Below, in pieces: positions 1 to 13,567 of a stretch of 64,000 bases of DNA; position 1 is the first letter of the stretch, and each line of letters begins with the position of its first letter. The stretch covers positions 112,780,001 through 112,844,000 of the forward strand of contig NC_086097.1 in the NCBI RefSeq assembly GCF_963921235.1, in the 5' to 3' direction. Source of the stretch: Mobula hypostoma. Taxonomy: Eukaryota. Made by a program: the position numbers and the translations under genes. The notes beneath the pieces are model-generated. The model was given only the letters and a program-made list of their open reading frames with translations, did not search any database and was not told where the DNA came from.

Positions 1-395
1 TTAGATTCAACTTTATTGTCATTGTGCCGAGTACAGATACAAAGCCAATGAAATGCATTTTGCATCTGACCAGGAATGCAAAGAATAGTGTTATTTACTA
101 AATAACTGTGAATAAAAAAGTTCTACAGCACACAAATATAAAAGTACTGAGACAGTACAATATGGATGCAATACTGCTTAGCACTGTGATGAGAGGTTCA
201 GCAGTGTCACAGCCTCAGGGAAGAAGCTCTTCCTGTGCCTGCAGGTGCAGGAGCGGAGGCTCCTGTAGTGCCTACCGGATGGGAGGAGAGTAAAAAGTCC
301 ATGGTTAGGGTGGGATGCATCCTTGATAATGCTTTTCGCTCTGCCCAGGCAGCGTTTATGGTAGATGTTCTCAATGGTGGGCAATTGAGTGCCCA
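1..395 (-). mobile_element. Rex1/Babar-type LINE 3' fragment
   Basis: ORF 178..396 reads LPTIENIYHKRCLGRAKSIIKDASHPNHGLFTLLPSGRHYRSL...SFFPEAVTLLN, the C-terminal ORF2 motif of this LINE group, followed by a 3' UTR with AATAAA. Confidence 0.75.
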
Positions 396-885
396 CTAAA
401 TGACCAGATGGTGCTGATGTTCTTCCAGAGTTTATGCTAACAGCAAATATAGATTAGTTAGAAGGACTTGGGATTCGAAATCTTTAGAAACTAAAAACAG
501 GTTGATGTTCAGCCTTGCTGTCAGTGTTAGAAAGGTCTGGGCTCAATAAGCACAAACGGTCTGCTTCCATGCAGCGTTTTCTGTAAAATCCCATCTGAGC
601 ACTTCTTCATCCTATGCAATTTCACCAGAACTTGAAGATTTTGTTCTGCTACTGTTAGAGCCTGTAACCTATATTCTGGCAGTGTGATTTCAGGCTGATG
701 GGGCGCTTCTGAAAGAGTTCCATGAGGCTGCGGTTAAAGCATTGTAGATTTGGACTGTAATTCAGGTTTATGGTCTAGTTTCTAGTCCTAGATCTGGTTC
801 CTTTATTTTGTTCCTACTCTGGGGTGATTTTTGAATTGGGGTGGCCTGCAGATAATGAACAGTGAACGAAATACACCTTTTGATT

Positions 886-1110
886 CACAAGCAAGAGTGA
901 ATCTGCAGATGCGATAAATCCAAGTAACACACACAAAATGCTGGAGGAACTCAGCAGGCCAGGCAGCAGCTATGGAAAATATACAGTCGATGTTTCAGGC
1001 CAAGACTCTTTAGTGGGACTGAATGATCCTCGTCCTGAAACGTTGACTCTACTTTTTTCCATAGATGCTGACTGGCCTGCTGAGGTCCTCCAGCATTTTG
1101 AGTGTGTTAC
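886..1110. mobile_element. Fold-back element made of two inverted Penelope-like terminal segments
   Basis: Arms 924-979 and 1055-1110 are near-perfect reverse complements. Degenerate hammerhead motifs lie at the centre. Confidence 0.7.
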
Positions 1111-2109
1111 ACGTTTTGATTTTGTGTTTTGTATTCTGTGTCTTTGCTCATTTTTTGCTGCCGTTTGCGTGTGGAGGGGAGGTGTGTTTGATGCTGGATG
1201 TTTTTTTTGAATGGGTTGGTTCCATGGTTTTCTTTGTTTTCTGGCTGTCTATCGGAGAATGAATCTCAGGGTTGTATACTGCATACATACTTTGATAATA
1301 AATGTTCTTTGAATCTTGAAATAATGACAGGTCTCAGCAGCCAAAACAAAAAAAAAACATTAAAGATGAGCACCAAACAAAAACAAAATAACAAAGGAGC
1401 AAAATATTCTAAAATTATAAATTAACTGGCAAATTAAGTATGTACTGTCTTTAAGAAAAACGATTGATCAGATTGGGCTCAGAAATGCAATCAGCCACAC
1501 CTCTGCAGATATTTTCATTTTCATTCTTTCCAATTGCAACAAGGGAAAAAAAATCCTCCGACTCAGCCCTCTTCTGTTACAATTCAGCTATTTCATGCAT
1601 TACTTCCGCTGTGGATAATATCAAGTCTTCACAAATTAACCATTAGGTTGCATTATTTGGCTAGTCCACTTGCATGGCAACCCAATACCTTGTCTTCATC
1701 CAAAATAAATCACTTTAAATTAAGTTAGGATTAGGATTAGTATTGGTAAAATGACAGATATATTATTTCATTTGGAGCTTCTTATTAGCTTAATTCAGAT
1801 GGCAAATAATACATCTGAACCTCTTGTTATGGATTTCTTATATTTTCTTTTCAATCACAGCATACACAGTGGCCTGTAAAGGAGTACAGTACACCAAATA
1901 CTGTTAATTACCATAGACATGATGCATGAAATGGTCATGGAAGAGGATTTTGAAGAAATTTTGCTTACCTTGATAGTCTGAAGTATTACATGTCAATCAA
2001 AATGCTTGTTATGGTTAACTAATCAATAGTAACCTTCTGAAGTTATACTATTCTATTCATAAAAAGGCTCACTTCAGTAACATCCACTCATACAGTCTTT
2101 TGTCACTTA

Positions 2110-2590
2110 GTCACAGTGTCACTCACGAATTTCTACGGATGTACCGCGGAGAATATCACCGTCTGGTTCAGAGGGTTGGGAGGGTGGGGGCACTGCAGAG
2201 CATTCAAATAAGCTGCAGAAGTTGTAAACTCAGTCAGCTCCACCATGGGCTCTACGCTTCCCAGCATCCTGGGCATCATCAAGAAGCAATGCTTCAAAAA
2301 GGCAGCATCCATTGTTAAGGATCCCCATCACCCAGGTCATGCCCTCTTCTCATTGTTGCCATCAGGAAGGAGGTACAGGAGCCTGAAGGTGCACACTTAA
2401 CAATTCACGAACTGCTTCTTTCCACCTGCCATCTGATTTCTGAATGGACATTGAACCCACGAACACTTTCTCACTACTTTTTTTGCACTACCTATTGAAT
2501 TTTTCATATATAAAATATATTGAAATATACTGCGCCATATAACAACAAATTTCATAACATATGCTGGTGATATTACATCTGATCCTGTTC
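2110..2590 (+). mobile_element. Rex1/Babar-type LINE 3' fragment
   Basis: ggcagcatccattgttaaggatccccatcacccagg...ccatcaggaaggaggtacaggagcctg motif plus 3' UTR. Confidence 0.7.
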
Positions 2591-2989
2591 CATTACTATC
2601 CCAACAATGAGCACAAGTTGCATCACATTTATTCATTGTCTACTTTGGTTTTATGTTCCGTCTATAACCCAAGCAACATATTAGGTTGTTTCTCTTAGTT
2701 ATCAGACATGAACATAAAATTAGAAGATCATTTGGTGCCTTAAGCCCTGCTCTGTCACTGAATAAGATGACGGCTGATAAAATTGCTCAATAATTGCAAA
2801 CCACAGTGAACCTGGCTCTTCCCAAAAGACAAATCCAAGAGCTTTTCATCCTTTTGATACAACTTTAAGCAGTTCAAGCACGAGAAAGTGAAGATAGGGA
2901 GAGAAAAAAATCTGATATCCAGAGCAGGCTTGTATCCCCCTCCTCACTAAACTGAAAGTGCGCTATTTGAAAGTATCTATCATCTCCAG

Positions 2990-3245
2990 CAGAATTTATT
3001 TAGAGAGATACAGCACGGTAACAACCCCTTCTGGCCCAACGAGCCTGCACTGCCCAGTTACACCCATGTGAAGAATTAACCCACTAACCTGTATGTCCTT
3101 GGGAAACCGGAACACACGGAGGAAACCCACACAGTCACAGGAAGAACGTACAGTACAAACTCCTTACAGACAGCGGCGGGAATTGAACCCAGATCACTGG
3201 TGTTGTAATAGCATTATGTTAACCGCTACGCTACCGTGCCACCAC
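2990..3245 (-). mobile_element. tRNA-derived V-SINE (HE1-like)
   Basis: The reverse strand has a tRNA-like head (ggcacggtagcgtagcggtta...gggttcaattcccgccgctg) and the V-domain core (gtgggtttcctcc...tccggtttcc). Confidence 0.7.
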
Positions 3246-3249
3246 TTCA

Positions 3250-5560
3250 GACCATAAGACATAGAGGCAAATCTAGGCCACTCAGCCCATCGAGTCTGCT
3301 TCGCCATTTTATCATCGTTGATCATTTCCCATTTAACCTCATTCTTCTGCCTTCTCTCCATAACCTTTCATGCCCTGACTAATCAGGATCCTATCAGCCT
3401 TCACCTTAAATGCATCCAGTGACTAGTCCTCACAGCTACCTGTGGCAGTGAATTCCACCAATTCACCACCTTCTGGCTAAAGAAATTCCTTCTCACCTCT
3501 GATGTAAATGGATGTTCCTCTATTTAGAGGTTGTGCCCTCTGGTCCAAGTCTCCTTCAACAAAGCAGTCACATCCACTCTATCTAGGCTGTTCAACATTT
3601 GATAGGTTTCAATGAGATTGCCCCACATTCTTTTAAATCCCGGCGAGTACAAGGCCAAAGCCTTAAATCACTGCTGATATCAGAAGACTTTTATTCCTGA
3701 AATCATTCTCACGAACATCCTCTGAACACTCTCCAATGTCAGCATATGTTTTTTCTTAAATAAGGAGCCTAAACCTGCTTACAATACTCTAAGTGAGGCC
3801 TCACTAGTGCCTTATAAAGCCTCAACATTACATCCTTGTTTTTATATTCAAGTCCTCTTGAAATGAATGCTAACATTGTATTTACTTTCCTCACCATCGA
3901 TCCAATCTGTAAATTAACCTTTAGAGAACCCTGCATGTGGACTCCATAATAGTTTATGCTTTTATTCCTTCTATCACGGTGCATGACAATACACATCCTG
4001 ACCCTGTATTCCATCTGCCACATCTTTGCCCATTCTTCCAATCTGTCCTTCTGCAGCCATTTCTGCTTGCTCAACACTACCTGCCCTCCACCTATCTTTG
4101 TATCATCTGAAAACTTGGCCACGAGGTAATCTATTTCATTATCCAAATCACTGACATACAATGTAAAAAGAAGCTGTCCCAACACAACTAGTGGAACACC
4201 ATTGGTCACCAGCAGTCAATTTGAAAAGGATCCCTTCATTCCCACTCTTTGCTTGCTGCCAATCAGCCAATGCTTTATGAATGCTAGTACCTTTCCAGTA
4301 ACACCCTAAGCTCTTCTCTTGTTTAGCAACCTCATGTGCTGCAACTTGTCAAAGGACTTCTGAAAATCCAAGTACACAACATCCATTGACTCTCCTTTGC
4401 CACTGACTCTGTTTGTCATTTCTCCAAGGAACTCCAGCGGATTTGCCAGGCAAGAATTTCCCTTATGGAATCCATGATAACTTGACCTATTTAGTCATGT
4501 GCCTCCAAGTACCCTGAAACCATATCCTTAACAATTGACTTCAACAGCTTTCCAACCACTGAGGTCAGGCTAACTGGCTGTAATTCCCTTTCTTCTGTCT
4601 CCCTCTCTTCTTGAAGAGCAGGGTAATATTTGCAATTTTTCCTGTCCTCCAGAATGATGCCAGACTCTCTTTATTCTTGAGAGATTATTACTAATGCCTC
4701 CATAATCACTTCAGTTACTTCTTTTAGAAACCTAGGGTATAGTCCATCAGGTCCAGGAGACTTACCTGCCTTCAAATCTTTCAGTTTGCAAGCACCATCT
4801 CCCTAGTAATAGCAACTACACTCGCTTCTACCCCCTGATACTCTCATACTTCCAGCATACTACTAGTGTCTTCCACAGTGAAGAACGATGCAAAATATTT
4901 ATTCAGTTTATCTGCCATTTCCTTGTCCCCCATTACTATCTCTCCAACGTCATTTTCCAGTGGTCTAATATCTACTCTCACCTCTCTTTTATTCTTTATA
5001 TATTTGAAAAAAAAATTGGTATCATTTTGATATAATTGGCCAGCTTACCTTTGTATTTCATCTTTTCCCCCTTTATGGTTTTTTTAGTTGCCTTCTGTGA
5101 GTTTTAAAAATTTCCCAATCCTCTAACTTCCTACTAATTTTTGCTCCAATACATGCCCTCTTGTTTGCTTTTATGTTGGCTTTGACTTTTCTTGTCAGCC
5201 ACAGTTACATCATCCTGCCTTTAGAATATTTCCTCTTCTTTAGGATGAATCTCTCCTGTGCCTTCCGAATTACTCCCAGGAACTCCAGCCATTACTGCTC
5301 TGCCATCATCCGTGCTAGTATCCCCTTCCAATCAACTTTTCCAGCTCCACTCTCATGCCTCTGTAATTCCCTTCACTCCACTGTAATAATTTTACATCTG
5401 ACTTTAGAGTCTCCCTCTCAAATTTCGAGTGAATTCTATCATAATATGATCACATAAACTCCCTAATCATATCTGGTTCATTAAACAACACCAAATCCAG
5501 AATTGTTGATCCCCTAGTGGGCTCAACCACAAGTTGCTCCAAAAAGCCATCTTGGCGTTT
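3250..5560 (-). mobile_element. Degenerate CR1-clade LINE (ORF2 RT region + 3' end)
   Basis: ORF 3769..4209 has KFSDDTKIGG and YKALVRPHLEYC motifs, many stops/frameshifts, and a CR1-type 3' tail. Confidence 0.85.
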
Positions 5561-7594
5561 ATTACATATCTAGATATAAAGATATACATTTTAATAATAT
5601 ACATAGAATTGTTACATATTTTGAAGATAATATTCACAGTTTAATGCCATAGGTCTCTTCAGTTAAGACTCTTGGTCAAATATCTTGCCAGTGATGATAA
5701 TATGGCCCAGGGATTCCAATAAATTTGGTCTTTGTGTGCCTTGAAATCTAAGTATATATCAACGGTTGATTGACCAACAGTTCAGTGAGATAAATTCCTG
5801 TCAACCAATGTGATCCTTTACTTATATATGTATGAATAAATAGAATACTTGTAATGAATTTGCACTGTATAATGAGTAGTAAGAAGGAAGACACTCCATA
5901 TATGACATATTAAAAGCTGAAGACCTATTTTTTTTAGAGGTCCAAGTTCATTTTTTCTATAAAGTAATTTCCTAAATTCAGTCAAATGCAAGGTAAGGAA
6001 AACTCCCTCACTCCTTGTACTTATATTAGCTTGAGCAAGAAAGCACGTGGATCATTCCAGTAAGGCAATAGATAGGATCCTTAAGAGGTAACGGTCATAT
6101 CACAAAGTATTATCGGAATAAAATAATAAATTCTCTGTTGTAAATGACTTGCAAGTCAGGATGCCTCTCAAATGTGTTACTATTAGGTATATGTCAGCTT
6201 TCTCCGGTATCATTCCCACTCTGGCCTCAAGAAAATGAATCGTGAGCAATGGAACTCACTGGACCACCTCATGCACTACCATGGACTGTCTCTATTGTGG
6301 TTTAATGTCCTAATATCTTATTTTGCAGTTTTGTTCTCTTCACTGCCATGTTTAAATTATGTACAAGTTATGTGTTGTCTAAGTCTACAGTATATGCCTG
6401 TAACATTGCTGTGAACAAGCTTTTTTATTGTATCTTTATCTCACTACAGTTGTCCACATGACAATAAACTCAATTAGACTTAAAACATACTTAAAAAAAG
6501 AACTACAATAGGCCCTTTTCTCAAGTTGAAATGGTATGCAGTTATCACGATCTGGACAAATGTTTTATATATGCATAATTAGTTAACTGTTCTGTGTGTT
6601 AATTCTATAGTCAACAGCTAAATTTATTTTAATAACAATTTCCTTATTAAAATAGATAATCATCTTTTACATTAAAGAAGTCAAATTCCTAGGGCATGAT
6701 GAAAAGTATTTTGCTCACCTGAAAGGTCAATATTAATAAGGTTTCTCTGTCTACAGATGCTGCTTGACCTGCTGGGCATTTCCAGATATTTCTGACATAT
6801 TTCAGATTTCCAACAGCTAAAGAATTTTTCTTTATCAATTTTAAAAAGCGCTACTGTAAAGTCTGGGGAAGGAAATTTTCGTTAACAAAGGTCACCATTA
6901 GCCAGTATTTTCAACTTCTTGCTAACAAATCACTTACACTCTGGGAATGAATTAGTTCAGTTTAGCAACAGGACCAATTTCAAGGCTGGACTATTTTCTT
7001 CAATGCAATTCCATGATATGAAAACATGGATAACTGAGCTGGAACTGGATCAGATCCTCCCTCAGCAATATACTCTTGAGAAGGTTAGAATTTTCCTGGC
7101 AGAATTATTATTTGTATCTTTTGAATTAATAGATAATTTTGAGAAGGATAGAAATGGGAGGATTTTGTGCTGAACTTATATTCCAGTAAAAAGAAGTCAA
7201 TGAATAATACTATTAAATTGGTTAGATAACCATTGCGAATCCATTAGGTACTGCAGAGCCATAGCTAAGCTCATTTGGAAATGGTCAGAATTATCTGTTA
7301 TTTTTCACATACCTATAAATGGACATAAAATTTACATTGTCCACATGACTGTGGAATAAAATCCATATGAACTGGTAAAGCTGAATGGCCTACCTCCCTT
7401 TTGTATCCAATTCTTCGATCTGATTATTCAGTAATCTGTTCCTTTCCGCATTAATAATTTCAATTGAATGTATAAGCAGTTACCATTTTTATAGAAAGAA
7501 TAAGAGAACAATCTCAGAATATTGGCCAACCGTAAGTTTTTATACTGCCACTACATGCATAGTATTTATTACCTTGTACTAAAGATATATATTT

Positions 7595-9760
7595 AACCAT
7601 TAGATGTAGAAGCAGAATTAGGCCACTTGACCCATCGAGTCTGCTCTGCCATTCTATCATGGCTGATTTATTATACCTCTCAAACTCATTCTCCTGCCTT
7701 CTCCCCATGACCTTTGACATCCTGATTAACCAAGAACTTATCAATATTTCCTTTAAATATACTCAATGATTTTGCATCCACAGCTGTCTGTGGCAATGAA
7801 TTCCACAAATTCACCTTCCTCTGGCTAAAGAAATTCTTTCTCAACTCTGTTCGAAATGGACATCCCTCTATTCTGAAGCTGTCCCTCCTGGTCCTAAACT
7901 CACCCACTATAGGAAACATGTTCTCCACATCCACACTGTCTCAGCATTTCAAATAGGTTTCAATGAAATCCCCACACATTCTTCTAATCTCCAGCGAGTA
8001 CAGGCCCACAGCAATCAAATGCTTCTCATACAGTAACACTTTCATTCCTGAAAACATTCTTGTGAATACTTTCTAGACTATTTCTAATTTCACACATCTT
8101 TTCTTAGATTAGGGGCCCAAAACTGTTCATAATACTCCAAGTGCAGTCAGACTAATGTCTTATAAACCCTCAGGATCACATTCTTGCTCTTATATTCTAG
8201 TATTCTTGAAATGCATGCTAATATTGCACTTGCCTTCCTTACCACCAACTCAATCTGCAAGTTAACCTTTAAGGAATCCACCACAAGGACTCCCAAGTCC
8301 CTTTGCACCTCTGATTTTAGAATTTTCTTCCTGATTAGAAAACTGTCTATGCCATTATTCCTTCAAACAAAGTGCATGACAATATACTTCCCTACACTAT
8401 ATTCTATCTGCCACTTCTTCGCCCATTCTCCAGATTTGCCCATGTCCTTCTTTAGACTCCCTACTTCCTCAGCATTACCTACCCCTCCACCTACCTTTGT
8501 ATTGTCTGCAAACTTACCCACAACACCATCAATTCCATCTCCCAAATCACTGACATATGACCTGAAAATAAGTGGTCCCAACACCTGCGGAACATGACTA
8601 GTCACAAAGAGCCAACCAGAATAGGCCCCCTTTATTCTGACTCTTTACCTCCTGCCAATCAGCCAATCTTCTGTCTATGCCAGTATCTTCCCTGTAAAAA
8701 CATAGGCTCTTGTTAAGCAGTCTACTGTGCGGCATCTTGTCAAAGATTTTCTCAAAACATGAGTAAACAACATCCACTGACTCTTCTTTGTCTATCCTGC
8801 TTGTTATTTCCTCAAAGAATTCCAACACATTTGTTAGGCAAAATTTCCCTTAAGGAAACTATGCTATCTTTTGCTTCCAGTTACACCAAATCCTTATCCT
8901 TAATACTGGATTCCAATATCTTCCTAAACACTGAAGTCATGCTAACTGGTCTGTAATTTCTTTTCTTCTGCCTCCCTCCCTTCTTAAAGAGTGAAACAAC
9001 ATTGGCAGTTTTCCAGTCCTCTAAAACCATTCTAGTATGTGGTGATTCTTGAAAGATTATTACTAATGCCTCCACAATCTCTTCAGCTGCCTCTTTCAGA
9101 ACCCCAGAGTGCGGTCCATCTGGTCCAGGTGACTTCACTACCTCAGACCTTTCAGCTTCACAAGCACCTTCTCCTTAGTAATATCAACTGGACTCACTTC
9201 TGCCCCCGACACTCTCGAATTTCTGTCTTCCACAGTGAATACTGACATAAAATAATTATTAGGGTAATCCACCTTTGCTTTGTCCCTCGTTACTAACACT
9301 CCCGCATAATTTTCCAGCAATCCAATATCCATTCTCACCTCTCTTTTACTCTTTATACAGTATATCTGAAAATAAAACTTTTGGTATCCTCTTTCATATT
9401 ATTGGATAGCTTACCTTCATATTTCATCTTTTCTCTCCTTATGCTTTTTTTTTATTAGTTGCCTTCTGGTGGTTGTTAAAAGCTTACCAAGTCCTCTAAC
9501 TTCCCACTACTTTTTGCCATATTATATGACTTCTCTTTTGCTTTTATACGGTCTTTGATGTTTCTAGACAGTCACAGTTGCCCCATCCCGCCCCCACCCG
9601 AGAATACTTCTTCATCTTCGGGATGTATCAATTCTGTGCTTTACGAATTACCCCCCGAAACTCCAGCATTTGCTGTTCTGCCATTAGCCCTGCTAGTGTC
9701 CCCTTCCAATCAACTTTGGCCATTTGTTCTCTCATGCCTCTGCAATTCCCTTTACTCTGC
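7595..9760 (-). mobile_element. Degenerate CR1-clade LINE, similar to the 3250-5560 copy
   Basis: Fragmented ORFs with KSPGPDG, NYRPVS, KFADNTKVGG and NFFSQRKVNLWNSLP. Confidence 0.85.
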
Positions 9761-9812
9761 TTTCTCTCTCTATATATATTATTACAGACCTTGTTTTGTG
9801 TATGTGTGTATA

Positions 9813-9835
9813 TAGATAGATAGATAGATAGATAG
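9813..9835. repeat. (GATA)n microsatellite
   Basis: tagatagatagatagatagatag. Confidence 0.9.
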
Positions 9836-12370
9836 AACCATAGAAACTACAGCACAGAAACAGGCCTTTTGGCCCTTCTTGGCTGTGCCGAACCATTTTC
9901 TGCCTAGTCCCACTGACCTGCACACGGACCATATCCCTCCATACACCTCCCATCCATGTATCTGTCCAATTTATTCTTAAATGTTAAAAAAGAACCCGCA
10001 TTTACCACCTCGTCTGGCAGCTCATTCCATACTCCCACCACTCTCTGTGTGAAGAAGCCCCCCCTAATGTTCCCTTAAAACTTTTCCCCCCTCACCCTTA
10101 ACCCATGTCCTCTGGTTTTTTTCTCCCCTTGCCTCAGTGGAAAAAGCCTGCTTGCATTCACTCTATCCATACCCATCATAATTTTATATACCTCTATCAA
10201 ATCTCCCCTCATTCTTCTATGCTCCAGAGAATAAAGTCCTAACCTATTCAACCTTTCTCTGTAACTGAGTTTCTCAAGTCCCGGCAACATCCTTGTAAAC
10301 CTTCTCTGCACTCTTTCAACCTTATTTATATCCTTCCTGTAATTTGGTGACCAAAACTGAACACAATACTCCAGATTCGGCCTCACCAATGCCTTATACA
10401 ACCTCATCATAACATTCCAGCTCTTATACTCAATACTTCGATTAATAAAGGCCAATGTACCAAAAGCTCTCTTTACGACCCTATCTACCTGTGACACCAA
10501 TTTTAGGGAATTTTGTATCTGTATTCCCAGATCCCTCTGTTCCACTGCACTCCTCAGTGCCTTACCATTAACCCTGTATGTTCTACATTGGTTTGTCCTT
10601 CCAACGTGCAATACCTCACACTTGTCAGTATTAAACTCCATCTGCCATTTTTCAGCCCATTTTTCCAGCTGGCCAAGTCCCTCTGCAGGCTCTGAAAACC
10701 TTCCTCACTGTCTACTACACCTCCAATCTTTGTATCATCAGCAAACTTGCTGATCCAATTTACCACGTTATCATCCAGATCATTGATATAGATGACAAAT
10801 AACAATGGACCCAGCATTGATCCCTGTGGTACATCACTAGTCACAGGCCTCCACTCAGAGAAGCAATTCTCTACCACTACTCTCTGGCTTCTTCCATCGA
10901 GCCAATGTCTAATCCAATTTACCACCTCTCCATGTATACCTAGTGACTGAATTTTCCTAACTAACCTCCCATGCGGGACCTTGTCAAAGGCCTAACTGAA
11001 GTCCATATAGACAATATCCACTGCCTTCCCTTCATCCACTTTCCTGGTAACCTCCTTGAAAAACTCCAACAGATTGGTCAAACATGACCATTTTGACATT
11101 TTCACAAAGCCATTTTGACTCTCCCTAATAAGCCCCTGTCTATCCAAATGCTTGTAGATTCTGTCTCTTAGTACTCCCTCCAATAACTTACCTACTACTG
11201 ACGTTAAACTCACCGACCTATAATTTCCCGGATTACTTTTCGATCCTTTTTTAAACAACGGAACAACATGAGCCACTCTCCAATCCTCCGGCACTTCACC
11301 CGTAGACAGCGACATTTTAAATATTTCTGCCAGGGCCCCCGCAATTTCAACACTAGTCTCCTTCAAGGTCCGAGGGAACACTCTGTCAGGTCCCGGGGAT
11401 TTATCTACTTTAATTTTTCTCAAGACAGCAAGCACCTCCACCTTTTCAATCTGTACAGTTTCCATGGTCTCACTACTTGATTCCCTCAATTCCATAGATT
11501 TCATGCCAGCTTCCTTAGTAAATACAGATGCAAAAAACGTATTTAAGATCTCCCCCATTTCCTTTGGTTCCGCACAAAGCCAACCACTCTGATCTTCAAG
11601 AGGACCAATTTTATCCCTTACAATCCTTTTGCTCTTAATATACTTGTAAAAGCTCTTTGGATTATCCTTCACTTTGACTGCCAAGGCAACCTCATTTCTT
11701 CTTTTTGCCCTCCTGATTTCTTTCTTAAGTATTTTCTTGCACTTCTTATACTCCTCAAGCACCTGATTTACCCCCTGTTCCCTATACATTTCATACAACT
11801 CCCTCTTCTTCTTCATCAGAGTTGCAATATCCCTTGAGAACCAAGGTTCCTTATTCCTATTCAATTTGCCTTTAATCCTGACAGGAACATACAAACTCTG
11901 TACTCTCAAAATTTCCCCTTTGAAGGCTTCCCACCTACCAATCACATCTTTGCCAGAGAACAACCTGTCCCAAACCATGCTTTTTAGATCCTTTCTCATT
12001 TCTACAAATTTGGCCTTCTTCCAGTTCAGAACCTCAACCCTAGGACCAGATCTATCCTTGTCCATGATCAAATAGAAACTAATGGTGTTATGATCACTGG
12101 AACCAAAGTGCTCCCCTACACAGACTTCTGTCACTTGCCCTAACTCGTTTCCTAACAGGAGATCCAATATTGCATCCCCTCTAGTTGGTCCCTCTATATA
12201 CTGATTTAGAAAACTTTCCTGAACACATTTTACAAACTCTAAACCATCTAGACCCCTAACAGTATGGGAGTCCCAATCAATGTATGGAAAATTAAAATGC
12301 CCTACCACCACAACTTTATGTTTCCTGCAGTTGCCTGCTATCTCTCTGCAGATTTGCTCTTCCAAGTCCA
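9836..12370 (-). mobile_element. Young 5'-truncated CR1 LINE (end of APE endonuclease + RT), with a premature stop and a frameshift
   Basis: ORFs 10992..12371 (GHFNFP, LDLLL, SDH; PGPD; NYRSVSLTS), 10554..10925 (PQGSMLGP, FADDTK) and 10075..10641. Confidence 0.92.
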
Positions 12371-12410
12371 AGATAGGTAGATAGGTATTCTATATATAGA
12401 ACAAGATGCT

Positions 12411-13567
12411 CATAGAAACATGGAAACATAGAAAATAGGTGCAGGAGTAGGCCATTCGGCTCTTCGAGCCTGCACCGCCTTTTATTATGATCATGGCTGA
12501 TCATCCAACTCAGACCCCTGGCCCAGCCTTCCCTCCATAACCCCTGATCCCCGTAGCCACAAGGGCCATATCTAACTCCCTCTTAAATATAGCCAATGAA
12601 CTGGCCTCAACTGTTTCCTGTGGCAGAGAATTCCACAGATTCACCACTCTCTGTGTGAAGAAGTTTTTCCTAATCTCGGTCCTAAAAGGCTTCCCCTTTA
12701 TCCTCAAACTGTGACCCCTCGTTCTGGACTTCCCCAACATCGGGAACAATTTTCCTGCATCTAGCCTGTCCAATCCCTTTAGGATTTTATATGTTTCAAT
12801 CAGATCCCCCCTCAATCTTCTAAATTCCAATGAGTACAAGCCCAGTTCATCCAGTCTTTCTTCATATGAAAGTCCTGCCATCCCAGGAATCAATCTGGTG
12901 AACCTTCTTTGTACTCCCTCTATGGCAAGGATGTCTTTCCTCAGATTAAGGGACCAAAACTGCACACAATACTCCAGGTGTGGTCTCACCAAGGCCTTGT
13001 ACAACTGCAGTAGTACCTCCCTGCTCCTGTACTCGAATCCTCTCGCTATAAATGCCAGCATACCATTCGCCTTTTTCACCGCCTGCTGTACCTGCATGCC
13101 CACTTTCAATGACTGGTGTATAATGACACCCAGGTCTCGTTGCACCTCCCCTTTTCCTAATCGGCCACCATTCAGATAATAATCTGTTTTCCTATTTTTG
13201 CCACCAAAGTGGATAACTTCACATTTATCCACATTAAATTGCATCTGCCATGAATTTGCCCACTCACCCAACCTATCCAAGTCGCTCTGCATCCTCTTAG
13301 CATCCTCCTCACAGCTAACGCTGCCACCCAGCTTCGTGTCATCCGCAAACTTGGAGATGCTGCATTTAATTCCCTCATCCAAGTCATTAATATATATTGT
13401 AAACAACTGGGGTCCCAGCACTGAGCCTTGCGGTACCCCACTAGTCACTGCCTGCCATTCTGAAAAGATCCCGTTTATTCCCACTCTTTGCTTCCTGTCT
13501 GCTAACCAATTCTCTATCCACATCAATACCTTACCCCCAATACCGTGTGCTTTAAGTTTGCACACTC
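12411..13567 (-). mobile_element. Young CR1 LINE 3' fragment with an uninterrupted 351-aa RT C-terminal ORF
   Basis: ORF 12510..13565 (GVPQGSVLGP, FADDTKLGG, VRPHLEYCVQFWS). The 3' end carries (CTATGTTT)-type tail repeats. Confidence 0.93.

Noticed and set aside
1960..2030. Strong minus-strand donor (AAG|GTAAGC) as the next RIMS2 exon
   Set aside because: The adjacent sequence does not translate to any RIM2-like peptide. I found no downstream RIMS2 exon in 1-17230.
3160..3245. tRNA-like sequences at SINE heads
   Set aside because: They are continuous with V-SINE cores and do not form a complete cloverleaf, so they are not tRNA genes.
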